In this document: one piece after another, positions 20,405 to 30,467 of the stretch | Layout of the letters: each line of letters opens with the position of its first letter | Position numbering within the stretch: position 1 is the stretch's first letter | NCBI GenBank assembly: GCA_034432655.1 | Contig: DAOUBP010000096.1 | Location: forward strand, 1,849-65,848 | Source of the DNA: Anaerolineae bacterium | GTDB lineage: Bacteria > Chloroflexota > Anaerolineae > CG2-30-64-16 | DNA: 64,000 nt | Direction of reading: 5' to 3' | Made by a program: the position numbers and the translations under genes | The notes under the pieces: model-generated | Told to the model about the DNA's origin: nothing | What the model saw: the letters and a program-made list of their open reading frames with translations, nothing else | Database searches by the model: none

Positions 20405-21379
20405 ATGAGCGTTTCGATCACAGATCAAGGCGATCGGAGGATCGTCGAAATCGTCGGAGAACAGCGCGGCTTTGGCGGGGTGGTGAACTACAGCCGGCTG
20501 GAGACCCACTACACCCGCGCGACCCTGGAGGCCTTGCTGGCCGCCAAGGGCGAGATGTGGCTGCGCGATGAAATCGCGCGGGCGGAGGAACCGTCCTACG
20601 TCCAGGAGCCGTTACGTCGTCAGTTCGAGCGGTTCGTTCCGGTGCGTGGCTTGCGGGTGTTGGATTTCGGCAGCGGTTGCAGCGCCTCCAGCTTATGTCT
20701 GGCGCGTCTGGGTGCAGCTCAGGTGGTGGGTGTGGAACCACAAGAACAGTTTGTGGAGGCTGCTCGCCTCCGCATTCGTGATAGTGGCCTGGCTGATCGC
20801 GTGACCGCTCTGCACCTGACCGACACCCTGCATTTGCCGTTTCCCGATGGCTGTTTTGACGCCGTGGTCATGAACGCTGTGGTCGAGCACATCCCGCCCC
20901 GCCTCCGGCCAGCACACCTGCGCGAGGTCTGGCGGGTGCTGGCAGCGGGGGGCCATCTTTTCATCGGCGAGACGCCTAATCGTCTTTGGCCGCAGGACTA
21001 TCACACCACAGGTTTATGGGGCGTGCCCTACCTCCCGCTGTCTGTGGCCAGGGCGTATGCGATCCGTCGCGGCCGGGTGCCGCCCGCTGCCACCACGGCT
21101 TGGCTGTTGTCCGAGGGGCTGCGGGGGGCAACCTACTGGGAGTTACAACGTGCGCTGGGGCGTGCCGCGATCTGTCTTAACCTGACGCGCGGCGACGACG
21201 TGGCTGCTTTTTGGGCGCGTTCCCTGGGCCGGCCGGGGCAATCCGACCGTAAGCTGGCCTTGAAACGCGCGCTGGCGTTCACCCATCAGTGGTTCGACAG
21301 GCTGGTGTTGCGCCCATTGCGCGTTCCAGCAGTCGCGCTCTTGCCCGATTTGAGCCTTTGCTTTCAGAAACGTGTCTGA
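20405..21379 (+). CDS. Class I SAM-dependent methyltransferase
   Basis: VLDFGSGCSASSLCLARLGA (motif I), FDAVVMNAVVEHI. Confidence 0.7.
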   Translation: MSVSITDQGDRRIVEIVGEQRGFGGVVNYSRLETHYTRATLEALLAAKGEMWLRDEIARAEEPSYVQEPLRRQFERFVPVRGLRVLDFGSGCSASSLCLARLGAAQVVGVEPQEQFVEAARLRIRDSGLADRVTALHLTDTLHLPFPDGCFDAVVMNAVVEHIPPRLRPAHLREVWRVLAAGGHLFIGETPNRLWPQDYHTTGLWGVPYLPLSVARAYAIRRGRVPPAATTAWLLSEGLRGATYWELQRALGRAAICLNLTRGDDVAAFWARSLGRPGQSDRKLALKRALAFTHQWFDRLVLRPLRVPAVALLPDLSLCFQKRV

Positions 21380-21404
21380 ATGACGGTCCTTGCAAGGATA
21401 AGGT

Positions 21405-22586
21405 ATGGTAAACACGACTTCTATCTCGCACAAAGGTGATTTTGGCCAGCAACTGGCGGTTTTTCGCAAACGTTTGTGGATGATCGTGCTGCTGTTTGCC
21501 GTTACGATGGTGGTGATCCTGGTTCAGGCGTTATCTGCACCCCCAACGTATCGTGCCACTGTGCGCCTACAGGTGATCCCGTTGGAGTCGGAGCAGGTGG
21601 CGCTGTATGGCCAGCCGCCGGCCGGTGCCAACGTGGATCTGACGGCATTTGTGTTTCGCGAGGTGGTCCGTAGCGGTACGGTTGCCTGGCGCACAATCGG
21701 TCAGTTGGGGCTGAGTATGAATGCCGAACAGCTCCTGCGCAATATCTCTGCCAGCCAGCAAAACGACTTTGTGACGGTGACGGCCGAGGCGGACTCACCG
21801 CAACTGGCCGAGGCGATTGTCACAGCGCAGGTCGAGAACGCGTTGGCCCAATACCGCGACGATCGCATGCGCCCGACAACCTTTTTGCGCGAATTCGTCG
21901 AGGCCCAACTGGTGGAGGCCGACCAGGCGTTGGCCAAGTCCCAAGCCGCACTGGAGCAGTTCAAGGTCGAGCATGGCTTCGACTCGTTGGAGCGGGAGGT
22001 CGCCGCGTATCAAGATACCATCCGCGGTTTGCGGCGCGAGCAAGATGCTGCGCTGTTGGTAATAGCCCAGCTGAAAGCGCGCATTCGCGTCCTGGAGGAC
22101 GAGATCAAGGCCAGCACGGCCGCAGCCCAAAGCGCCGCAGAGGGCAGTGACGAACGTGCGTTGGCATTGCGCCGCGCCAGTGAGCAGGCTGCTACCCTGG
22201 CGACTCTGCGGGGGGAGCTGGCGGCCCAGGAAGCCTTGCATCTGGAATACGACGTCACCATCAAACGGTGGGAAACCGAGCTGACGTCGTTGATCGGATT
22301 GGGAAACGAATATGCCCGGTTGACCGGCGCAGTAACGCGCGCCCAGAACACGCGGGATTTTCTCTTCGGCAAGGTGCTGGAAGCGCAGTTGAAGGAGCAG
22401 CAAGCCCAAAATGTCGGCTATCTGCGCGTGGTTGAGCCCGCGCGACGGCCCGATCAGCCTGTGCCCAGCCGGACTTTGCAGATCGCGCTGGTCGGCGGCT
22501 TGCTGAGCCTGGTGGTCGGGGCAGCATTGGCTTTGTTGTTTGAAGTGATCGAATCGGCGATGAAAACACGGGCGGAGCGTGCCTGA
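21405..22586 (+). CDS. Wzz-like polysaccharide chain-length determinant / co-polymerase (PCP)
   Basis: N-terminal TM (LWMIVLLFAVTMVVILV), long coiled-coil periplasmic region, C-terminal TM (LQIALVGGLLSLVVGAALALLF). Confidence 0.6.
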   Translation: MVNTTSISHKGDFGQQLAVFRKRLWMIVLLFAVTMVVILVQALSAPPTYRATVRLQVIPLESEQVALYGQPPAGANVDLTAFVFREVVRSGTVAWRTIGQLGLSMNAEQLLRNISASQQNDFVTVTAEADSPQLAEAIVTAQVENALAQYRDDRMRPTTFLREFVEAQLVEADQALAKSQAALEQFKVEHGFDSLEREVAAYQDTIRGLRREQDAALLVIAQLKARIRVLEDEIKASTAAAQSAAEGSDERALALRRASEQAATLATLRGELAAQEALHLEYDVTIKRWETELTSLIGLGNEYARLTGAVTRAQNTRDFLFGKVLEAQLKEQQAQNVGYLRVVEPARRPDQPVPSRTLQIALVGGLLSLVVGAALALLFEVIESAMKTRAERA

Positions 22587-22591
22587 CGCGC

Positions 22592-23818
22592 ATGAAGATC
22601 CTGTACGTTGATCTCAGCCCCAGTTGGGGGGGCTCCCTGGCCAGCCTGGACCGGCTTTTGCCGCGCCTTGACCCGTGTGCCTATCAGCCGTTGTTGTTGT
22701 TGGCCGACCAGAACCGCGCTGCCGCCAGTTTCCGCGCCCGCTCTTTGCCTGTCTACACGGTGCCCACTTTGCGCGCCGAGGCCGCGCGCAACACTGCGCT
22801 GGTGCGTCAGCTAAAAGCCACAACGGCGGGGCAAAAGCTGCGGACAGGGCGGCTTGCGCCGCTGTGGCGCACCGCGCGCGGGGTGCGGAGCACACTCCTC
22901 CGCACATGGCCGTTGACGGTACGTCTGTGGCGGGTTATGATGGCCCTGCACCCCGACCTGGTGCATATCAACGACGCGCTTTTTGTCAACCGGCCAGCTG
23001 TTGCCGCCGCCTGGCTGGCGCGCCTGCCCGCCATCTGCCATGTGCGCTCATTAGGCCAGCTTTCCGGATGGGATCGGCTGTGGGCCCGCACACTACGCGG
23101 TTTTGTTTTCATTTCCCAGTGGGTGGCGCAGGACCAGGCCGCGCAAGGGATCCCGCTGTCCCGTGGCCGGGTGATTTACGACGGTGTTGACCTGGCTGCT
23201 TACGCTGATGTGCCCGCCAAGGCAGAGGCTCGGGCGGCGTTGGGCCTGCCCCCGGAACGCAAGATCGTCCTGGCATTGGGTCGCCTGGTCCCCTGGAAGG
23301 GGCAAGACCTGTTCCTGCGCGGCCTGCGTCGCGTGGCCGACGCGGTGCCTGATGTGCTTGGTGTGGTGGCCGGCGGGCCCGAGCCCTACAGCCTGGACTT
23401 TGAGCCCGCGCTCCATGCCCTGGCAGATGAACTCCGCCTGGGGGATGCGGTGCGTTTTATGGGGCCTGTCCCCGACCCTGCGCTGGCCCTGGCCGCTGCC
23501 GATGTGTTGGCCCACACCTCGGTGTCCCCGGAGCCCTTCGGTTTGGTGATGCTGGAGGCGATGGCGGTTGGCCGGCCGGTGGTGACCCCGGCCGCTGGGG
23601 GCGGTCTTGAAATTGTCGTGCACGGCGAGACCGGGTTCCATTATGCCCCGGGAGATGAGGAGGCGTTGGCCCAGGCGTTACTGACATTGCTGAATGACCC
23701 CTCGCGCGCTGAGCAGATGGGTGCTGCCGGCCGGGAACGAGTAGCTTCCCGGTTTACTCCAGAGCAGTTCGTCGGTGAGGTGTGTCGGTTCTATCGTGAT
23801 CTCCTTCCGGGAAGGTGA
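22592..23818 (+). CDS. Glycosyltransferase family 4
   Basis: E-x7-E motif GLVMLEAMAVGRPVVTPAAGGGLEIV. Confidence 0.75.
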   Translation: MKILYVDLSPSWGGSLASLDRLLPRLDPCAYQPLLLLADQNRAAASFRARSLPVYTVPTLRAEAARNTALVRQLKATTAGQKLRTGRLAPLWRTARGVRSTLLRTWPLTVRLWRVMMALHPDLVHINDALFVNRPAVAAAWLARLPAICHVRSLGQLSGWDRLWARTLRGFVFISQWVAQDQAAQGIPLSRGRVIYDGVDLAAYADVPAKAEARAALGLPPERKIVLALGRLVPWKGQDLFLRGLRRVADAVPDVLGVVAGGPEPYSLDFEPALHALADELRLGDAVRFMGPVPDPALALAAADVLAHTSVSPEPFGLVMLEAMAVGRPVVTPAAGGGLEIVVHGETGFHYAPGDEEALAQALLTLLNDPSRAEQMGAAGRERVASRFTPEQFVGEVCRFYRDLLPGR

Positions 23819-25269
23819 TGATGCAGGAAATCCTGGCGCGTATGCCAGCTTCACGGTTGAAGGGTTGGTTGCTTTCCGCGTTGGCTGCGCTGACCACGGT
23901 GGCCGGCGGTTTGTGGCTCGGCAGGGCTCTCATGTCGTCGGAGTGGACCGAGGCGGTTACCCTGGTCGGATTGGCTGCGGCTGGCCTGTTGGTCTTGCTG
24001 GCGCCCGGGGTGGGGTTGTTGGCGTGGATCGTGCTTGCGCCCTACGCCCCCCACATCTATCTAAGGCTGGATTTCGGCAGCGGCATCCCCAACCTGGATC
24101 TGGGCCGGCTGGCGACATTGCTTTTGGCCTATCTGCTGGTTGCGCGCGCCATTTGGCAGCCGGCCGCGGCCGAGTCTTCCTGGCGGCCGGTGAGGCTGGG
24201 ATGGACTGAAGCCTTGATGGCCGCTTTTGCTGCGGTAATGATCTCGTCGGTCTTCGTCGGTGCCGGCGGTGTGGTTTCCGGGTTGCAGAATGTGTTTGAT
24301 TTCGTTGCCATGCCATATCTGGTTTACCTGTTTGCGCGTACCTGGCTGCGCAGTGCGCGTGGGACGGCAGGGATGATCGGGGCTGTGGCGCTGGCCGGCG
24401 CGTTGATGGGGTTCATCACTACGCGGGAGCAACTTACCGGGCAGGCGGTTTTTTCGCCCACCTTTTATACCTTGGAATATGAACAGGGCATCCGGCTGGT
24501 TATGAGTTTGTTTGGCCACCCCTCTACCATTGCCATGGCGCTGGCCATCTCGGTACCGGTGTTGATCTACGGTATCCGTTTTCCTCTTGTGCCCAGGATG
24601 CGCCTCTGGCTGGCGCTGGCGCTCGTGATGACCCTGGCAGGCGTGTTCTTCGCTTACATGCGCGCAGGGTGGCTGGGTGCCTTGTTGGGCCTGTTGGTAC
24701 CCGCGTTGCTGAACCGGGAGCTACGGCGGGCGCTCTTGCCTTTGACTCCGCTGGTGGTTCTGCTGGTCGTTCTGGCGGTTGTGTTCGGCGTGGATCTGGA
24801 AACTGTGCAGAGCCGTCTGACTTCCCAGGCGCCGCTTACCTATCGGTTCACTGCCTGGCAGATCGCATGGGAACTGTTCAAATCCTCACCGTTCTTGGGG
24901 ATCGGCTGGAACCAGTTCGGACAGGCCGCAGCCACCCAGTTCGGTTGGAACCCTCATATCAAGCTGAGCGACCTGCCTTCGCCCCATAACACCTATTTGA
25001 ACGTTTTGGTCACCGGCGGGATATTGGGCTTGTTGCCCTATTTGGGTGTTTTGATTTCCGTTGTCGTGACAGGGTGGCGTTACTGGCGGCGCAGGATCGG
25101 CCGCGAGACGGTTGCGGTGTTATGGGCTACCACACTCGCTTACATGGCGATCATCGCCTCTTTTGACGCGTTCAACGCCCAGTACGCGAACATGCTCTAT
25201 TTCCTGATCTGTGGCGCGCTGGCAGGCCGTTTGGAGGTCAGCGCGGCCGGTGTTGAGGAACCGGCATGA
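23815..25269 (+). CDS. O-antigen ligase family (Wzy_C domain) membrane protein: Wzy polymerase or PglL/WsaB-type O-oligosaccharyltransferase
   Basis: ~12 TM; Wzy_C signature PHNTYLNVLVTGGILGLLPYLG (H-N-x-Y-L...G-G); ATGA overlap with upstream GT. Confidence 0.7.
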   Translation: MMMQEILARMPASRLKGWLLSALAALTTVAGGLWLGRALMSSEWTEAVTLVGLAAAGLLVLLAPGVGLLAWIVLAPYAPHIYLRLDFGSGIPNLDLGRLATLLLAYLLVARAIWQPAAAESSWRPVRLGWTEALMAAFAAVMISSVFVGAGGVVSGLQNVFDFVAMPYLVYLFARTWLRSARGTAGMIGAVALAGALMGFITTREQLTGQAVFSPTFYTLEYEQGIRLVMSLFGHPSTIAMALAISVPVLIYGIRFPLVPRMRLWLALALVMTLAGVFFAYMRAGWLGALLGLLVPALLNRELRRALLPLTPLVVLLVVLAVVFGVDLETVQSRLTSQAPLTYRFTAWQIAWELFKSSPFLGIGWNQFGQAAATQFGWNPHIKLSDLPSPHNTYLNVLVTGGILGLLPYLGVLISVVVTGWRYWRRRIGRETVAVLWATTLAYMAIIASFDAFNAQYANMLYFLICGALAGRLEVSAAGVEEPA

Positions 25270-26435
25270 AGGTCGCGCTTTTGGGGCCGTATCCCCGCTT
25301 CGGGGTGGCCGGCGGTGTGGACGCGGTAATGCGCGCGCTGGCAACAGGGCTGGCGGCGCATGGTGGCCTGGACCTGCACGTGGTGACCAGCGTGCCCGGC
25401 CTGCGCAGGGCCGAGGTTATGGCCCAACAGGGCTGGTCCGTCCATCAGGTGCCTCATCCGCGCGGGGATCGGTTGTTGTGGCATCAACCGGCAGTCTGGC
25501 CGGTGCTGGCAGCTCTAAACCGGATTGCACCCGATGTGGTGCACGCGCACATGGCCGGCCACTATGCGGACGCAGCCCTGCGTAGCGGCCAACCGGCTGT
25601 CATCACGCTCCACGGTGTGGTATTTCGCGAAGCGGCGTTGGCGCTGGCGAGGGCTACGCTGCCTGTGCGGATGCGTTGGCACCTGGACGCCCTTTTCGAG
25701 CGCTGGGTGGTCGGCCGGGCGCGTGATATCGTTGCGATCAGCCCCTATGTGGCCGAAGAATACCGGCCGTTGACCCGGGCGCGTTTTCATGCCATCGAGA
25801 ATCCGGTGGCGGACGAGTTCTTTGCCATCCCGGAGGCTATTCCCGGCCCTCTGGCGACGCCGCGGCTGTTGTGCGTGGCGCGTGTGATCCCGCGCAAGGA
25901 CATCCTGACCCTGCTGGCTGCTTTTGCACACATCCTGGCCGCCTGGCCTCAGGCGCAATTGGAGATTGCGGGCAGCATGACGGCAGATCCCGCCTATGCC
26001 GCCCAGTGCCGGGAAAGCGCTGCTGCGCTGGGGGTGACAGGCAGAGTGCATTTCCTTGGCGACGTGAGCGGTGGCGCGCTCCTGGACGCCTACGCACGGG
26101 CCGATGTGGTGTTGCTTACCAGCCGGCAGGAGACTGCACCGGTGGCGGTAGCCGAAGCCATGGCGGCGGCGCGGCCTGTGGTGGCAACGCAGGTCGGCGG
26201 TGTCCCGTTCATGGTTGCCGACGGTATCACCGGCAGGCTGGTCGCGCCCGGCGACAGCGCCGGCGTGGTCCGGGCGACCCTGTCGCTGCTGGGCGATCCC
26301 GACCTGCGCCTGGCCTGTGGCCGTGCGGCGCGCGCAGCGGCCGAGGAACGTTTTCGTCTGAGCCGGGTGGTGGCGCGCACGGTTGACCTGTACCGGCAGC
26401 TGCTGGCCGAACAGCGAGGGCGAGGCGTGGCATGA
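25266..26435 (+). CDS. Glycosyltransferase family 4
   Basis: APVAVAEAMAAARPVVATQVGGVPFMV. Confidence 0.75.
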   Translation: MKVALLGPYPRFGVAGGVDAVMRALATGLAAHGGLDLHVVTSVPGLRRAEVMAQQGWSVHQVPHPRGDRLLWHQPAVWPVLAALNRIAPDVVHAHMAGHYADAALRSGQPAVITLHGVVFREAALALARATLPVRMRWHLDALFERWVVGRARDIVAISPYVAEEYRPLTRARFHAIENPVADEFFAIPEAIPGPLATPRLLCVARVIPRKDILTLLAAFAHILAAWPQAQLEIAGSMTADPAYAAQCRESAAALGVTGRVHFLGDVSGGALLDAYARADVVLLTSRQETAPVAVAEAMAAARPVVATQVGGVPFMVADGITGRLVAPGDSAGVVRATLSLLGDPDLRLACGRAARAAAEERFRLSRVVARTVDLYRQLLAEQRGRGVA

Positions 26436-27595
26436 GTCATCTGCGCGTTGTCATGATCACCCGTTATCCGGCCGATCCGACCCGGATCGCGGGTGGTATT
26501 CAAGCGGTCTCTTACTGGTTGGCAGAAGAGCTGGTGCGCCTCCCCGGGCTGGAACTGCACCTGATTCACTGCCATTCTGATGTCAGGGAGAGCCGGACGT
26601 TGCGGCGAGGTCAACTGACAGTCCACTTTCTGGCCCAGAGCAGGCGCCGGTTCGTGCCCAACATGATGACCGCTATCGAGGTTACAGCGCAGTTGGTGCG
26701 CGCGTTAGCGCCTGATGTCGTCCACGCCCACGGGCCCAGCCTGGCGGTGGCGGCATTGCGCGCAGGCCAGGCGCCCGTGTGGACAATTCATGGCATCCTG
26801 CGCGCTGAAGCACGGCAATACCCTGGCCTGTTCAACCGCTTGAGCTTCATGTTGGCCAGGCACTACGAGCGACAGGCGCTCAGGACAGTCCGGCGGGTAA
26901 CTGCCGTGAATCGCCACGTCATTGCCGATTACGCCTCTTGGGCGTCGCCGGCCTGGGCCTCAGCCCCTACAGACTGGGCGATCATCGAGAATCCGGCCCC
27001 ACCCGACCTCTTTGATCTGCCCCGGCGGCCTGTCCCGGGCCGGGTGCTGGTCCCTGCGACGATCATCCCCCTGAAAGATCCGCTGACGCTGGTGCGGGCA
27101 GCGGCCGGGCTGCGGCGTTCAATACCCGCATTGTCTGTCCATCTGGCCGGGGCGGTGGGCGATGCCCGCTACGGACAACAGTTGCAAGCAGAGGTTGCGA
27201 CATTGGGCCTGAAGGACGTTGTTCGGCTCCTGGGGCCTCTGGACCAGGCGGCACTGCGTCGTGAACTGAGCGAAGCTTCTGTGGTTGCCCTGCCCAGCCG
27301 TCAAGAAGTGGCCCCGATGGCGATCATAGAGGCCATGGCCGCGGGCATTCCGGTCGCAGCGTCGGCAGTCGGCGGCATCTCCTTTATCGTGGGCGACGGC
27401 GTCACCGGCCGGCTGGTTGTCCCAGGGGATGTGGTCGCCTGGACCGAGACGTTGGGTGATCTGCTCGGCAGGCCTGCGCTGGCTGAGGCCATGGGTGAAG
27501 CCGGGCGGGCAGCGGCGCGCGAGCGTTTCTGGCTGCCTGCGATCGCTGCTCGTTATATGACGGTCTACCGCGCTGTCTCTGGAGGGCAGACCTGA
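26432..27595 (+). CDS. Glycosyltransferase family 4
   Basis: APMAIIEAMAAGIPVAASAVGGISFIV; ATGA overlap. Confidence 0.75.
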   Translation: MSHLRVVMITRYPADPTRIAGGIQAVSYWLAEELVRLPGLELHLIHCHSDVRESRTLRRGQLTVHFLAQSRRRFVPNMMTAIEVTAQLVRALAPDVVHAHGPSLAVAALRAGQAPVWTIHGILRAEARQYPGLFNRLSFMLARHYERQALRTVRRVTAVNRHVIADYASWASPAWASAPTDWAIIENPAPPDLFDLPRRPVPGRVLVPATIIPLKDPLTLVRAAAGLRRSIPALSVHLAGAVGDARYGQQLQAEVATLGLKDVVRLLGPLDQAALRRELSEASVVALPSRQEVAPMAIIEAMAAGIPVAASAVGGISFIVGDGVTGRLVVPGDVVAWTETLGDLLGRPALAEAMGEAGRAAARERFWLPAIAARYMTVYRAVSGGQT

Positions 27596-28611
27596 TGTCG
27601 CTGCAGCCCCTGCGCATCCTGGTGGTGACCAATATGTGGCCCACCCCGGCCCAGCCGATGGCCGGCATCTTTGTGGCAGAGCAGGTGGCCTCGTTGCGCC
27701 GGCGGGGCCTGGAACTGGACGTGTTGTTCCTGAACGGCGGCCAGAGCAAGCTGGAGTACTGGCGCGGCATCGGTCGCCTGCGCCGCGCGCTGGCAACCGC
27801 CCGCTACGACTTGATCCATGCCCACTACGTGTTCTCCGGCCTGGTGGCGTTGATCGGCCGCAAATCGCGCGTGCCGATCCTGCTCACCCATCACGGGATC
27901 GAGACGCAACGGAGCTGGACAGCACCTGTGTGCCGTTGGACCAGCCGCCGTGTGGAACGCACGCTTGTCACCTCGCGACGCGTGCAGATCGCTTTAGGCC
28001 GTCCCGATGCCGAGATCGTCCCGTGCGGCGTAGACACCGACCTGTTTCAGCCCATCCCCCAGGCAGATGCCCGGGCGGCGTTGGGCCTGCCCGCCGATCA
28101 ACGCCTGGTGTTGTTCGCCGGTATGCGCCGGCCGGAGAAACGCTTCGACCTGGTCGAGGCGGCGGTCCATCTGGCGCAGCAAGGGTTCTCGAACGTCCGC
28201 TTGCTGGTGGCGGAGGCCGAGCCGCACGAACGAATGCCGTTGTTCATGAATGCAGCCGATGTCTTGATTCTGGCATCGGAGGCTGAGGGATCGCCGATGG
28301 TGATCAAGGAAGCGATGGCATGTAACCTGCCGATCGTCGCCGTAGATGTAGGAGATGTCAGCGAAGTGATCGGTGAAACGGCCGGCTGTTTTGTGGTTCA
28401 ACGCAATGTCACAGCTCTGGCTGAGGGGTTGCATGGGGCATTGGCGTTTGGACGCCGGACCGCGGGCCGACAGGCGTTGTTTCAACGCCCTCCTGGCGCG
28501 CCGCCGTTGACCCTGGCCGCCGTAGCGGAGCGCCTGGAGGCGATCTATCGAGAATTGATCGGAGCCAGGGCTTCGGCATTTTCGAGGGGGAACGGCGGGT
28601 ATGCACATTGA
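27595..28611 (+). CDS. Glycosyltransferase family 4 (short)
   Basis: SPMVIKEAMACNLPIVAVDVGDVSEVI; 1-nt overlap with upstream stop. Confidence 0.65.
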   Translation: MSLQPLRILVVTNMWPTPAQPMAGIFVAEQVASLRRRGLELDVLFLNGGQSKLEYWRGIGRLRRALATARYDLIHAHYVFSGLVALIGRKSRVPILLTHHGIETQRSWTAPVCRWTSRRVERTLVTSRRVQIALGRPDAEIVPCGVDTDLFQPIPQADARAALGLPADQRLVLFAGMRRPEKRFDLVEAAVHLAQQGFSNVRLLVAEAEPHERMPLFMNAADVLILASEAEGSPMVIKEAMACNLPIVAVDVGDVSEVIGETAGCFVVQRNVTALAEGLHGALAFGRRTAGRQALFQRPPGAPPLTLAAVAERLEAIYRELIGARASAFSRGNGGYAH

Positions 28612-29833
28612 GCCAAAAAAGGCGCGCATCTGTTTTATCACGCATTCGGCCTATCCCAACGAACCTCGGTCACGACGGATGGCGCGTGCCCTGGCGGAGG
28701 TCGGCTATCAGGTAGATGTCATTTGTCTGCAGGCCCCGGGACAGATGGCGGAGGCGTGGGACGAGGGCGTTCGCATCATCCGCTTGCCGGTCACCCGGCA
28801 CCAGGGGGCAAGGGCAAGCGTCTATCTGCGTGAGTACGCCAGCTTCTTCTTGCTGGCAGCTCGTCACCTGGTGGCCCGGCATCGCCGGAATCCCTACGGC
28901 CTGGTACAGGTCTTCAACCCGCCCGATGCGCTCATTTTCGCCGCCGGCTGGCTGAAGCTGGCCCGAGTGCCGTTGGTGTTGGATCTGCGCGAGCTGACTC
29001 CCGAGCTGTTCATGTCCCGTTTCGGCCTGGCGCGACGCAGCTTTGTCGTCCGGTTGTTGACTTTGCAAGAGCGGCTGGCCTGTGGCCTGGCCGATGCGGT
29101 GATCGTGCTCCATGAACGGCATCGGCGTATCATGGTCGGCCGCGGGGTGCCGGCGCAGAAACTGGTGCAGGTGATGAATTGCCCGGACGAGCGATTGTTT
29201 CGGCCGGCCGATCGGCCATTAGGCTGGCGGCAGGAAGGCACCTTGAAGGTCATCCATCACGGCGGGATCCTGGAGCGTTATGGCGTGGATACGCTGGTGC
29301 ACGCTGTGGCCCTGGCGCGGGCGGAGATCCCCGGCATCACTCTGGACCTGTACGGGGATGGCGATTATCGGCCCAGGGTTGAGACCCTGGTAGCCGAATT
29401 AGGGCTGAGCGACTGCGTGCGGTTTCACGGCCAACAACCTATCGAAGGGATGCGTGATGCCATCCTGGCAGCCGATGTAGGGGTGGCGCCATTGCGACAG
29501 GATGTTTTCACCGATTGCGGCCTGCCCACCAAGCTGTTGGAGTATGTGGCCGTGGGCCTGCCGGCGATTGCATCGCGCACGGCGACGACCGCCGACTACT
29601 TTGATGACAGCATGGTGCTGCTCTTCGAACCGGGGAACGCGCGCGACCTGGCCGATAAGCTGCTGGCCGTCTACCGCGACCCCCAGGCCGCGCAAGAACG
29701 CGCGATACAGGCCCGGCGCTTCACCGAGCAGTACAATTGGGCCGGTGAGCGGGCCAGGTATTTGACGTTGATCGCGCATCTTCTGAACGGTTATCCGCTG
29801 GCTGCGGTTCAAAACCCGGATTTCGGTATATAG
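28601..29833 (+). CDS. Glycosyltransferase family 4
   Basis: LPTKLLEYVAVGLPAIASRTATTADYF; 11-bp overlap. Confidence 0.75.
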   Translation: MHIEPKKARICFITHSAYPNEPRSRRMARALAEVGYQVDVICLQAPGQMAEAWDEGVRIIRLPVTRHQGARASVYLREYASFFLLAARHLVARHRRNPYGLVQVFNPPDALIFAAGWLKLARVPLVLDLRELTPELFMSRFGLARRSFVVRLLTLQERLACGLADAVIVLHERHRRIMVGRGVPAQKLVQVMNCPDERLFRPADRPLGWRQEGTLKVIHHGGILERYGVDTLVHAVALARAEIPGITLDLYGDGDYRPRVETLVAELGLSDCVRFHGQQPIEGMRDAILAADVGVAPLRQDVFTDCGLPTKLLEYVAVGLPAIASRTATTADYFDDSMVLLFEPGNARDLADKLLAVYRDPQAAQERAIQARRFTEQYNWAGERARYLTLIAHLLNGYPLAAVQNPDFGI

Positions 29834-29845
29834 GAGACAAACAGT

Positions 29846-30421
29846 ATGGTGCGAATTCACTCAACTGCCGAGGTGTCGCCCAAGGCACAGGTCGGCGAAG
29901 GGACCTCTATCTGGCATCATTGCCAGGTGCGGGAGGGCGCGCGTATCGGCCGCGAATGCATTTTGGGCAAGAACGTCTACGTGGATTTCGACGTTTCCAT
30001 CGGTGACCGCGTCAAGATCCAAAATAACTGTTCGGTGTACCACGGCGCGACCCTGGAAGACGGCGTCTTCCTGGGCCCGCACGTCGTCATTACTAACGAC
30101 CTGTACCCGCGAGCCATCAACCCGGACGGTACCTTGAAGGGCAACGATGACTGGGAGGTCGGCCTGGTGCGCATCTGTTACGGTGCATCTATTGGCGCGC
30201 GTTCGGTCATTCTGCCCGGTGTGACGGTCGGCCGCTTCGCGATGGTGGGTGCCGGGGCCGTGGTGACGCGGGATGTGCCGCCGCAAGGCCTGGTGGTAGG
30301 CGCCCCGGCGCGGCTGATCGGCTATGTGTGCATCTGTGGACGGCGGCTGACGGCTGAAGGGGGCGAGTTGGTGTGTGGCCATTGTGGCCGGCGTTTTAGC
30401 GATCCACCATCTGGCACGTGA
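29846..30421 (+). CDS. Hexapeptide-repeat sugar N/O-acetyltransferase with C-terminal Cys4 zinc-ribbon tail
   Basis: LbH repeats (IGRECILGKNVYVDFDVSIGDRVKIQNNCSVY...); tail C-I-C-GRR...C-GH-C-GRR. Confidence 0.7.
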   Translation: MVRIHSTAEVSPKAQVGEGTSIWHHCQVREGARIGRECILGKNVYVDFDVSIGDRVKIQNNCSVYHGATLEDGVFLGPHVVITNDLYPRAINPDGTLKGNDDWEVGLVRICYGASIGARSVILPGVTVGRFAMVGAGAVVTRDVPPQGLVVGAPARLIGYVCICGRRLTAEGGELVCGHCGRRFSDPPSGT

Positions 30422-30467
30422 CAGGCGTCGCAGCTTGCCGCGGACAAGCACTGGCGGAGCAAAGCAT

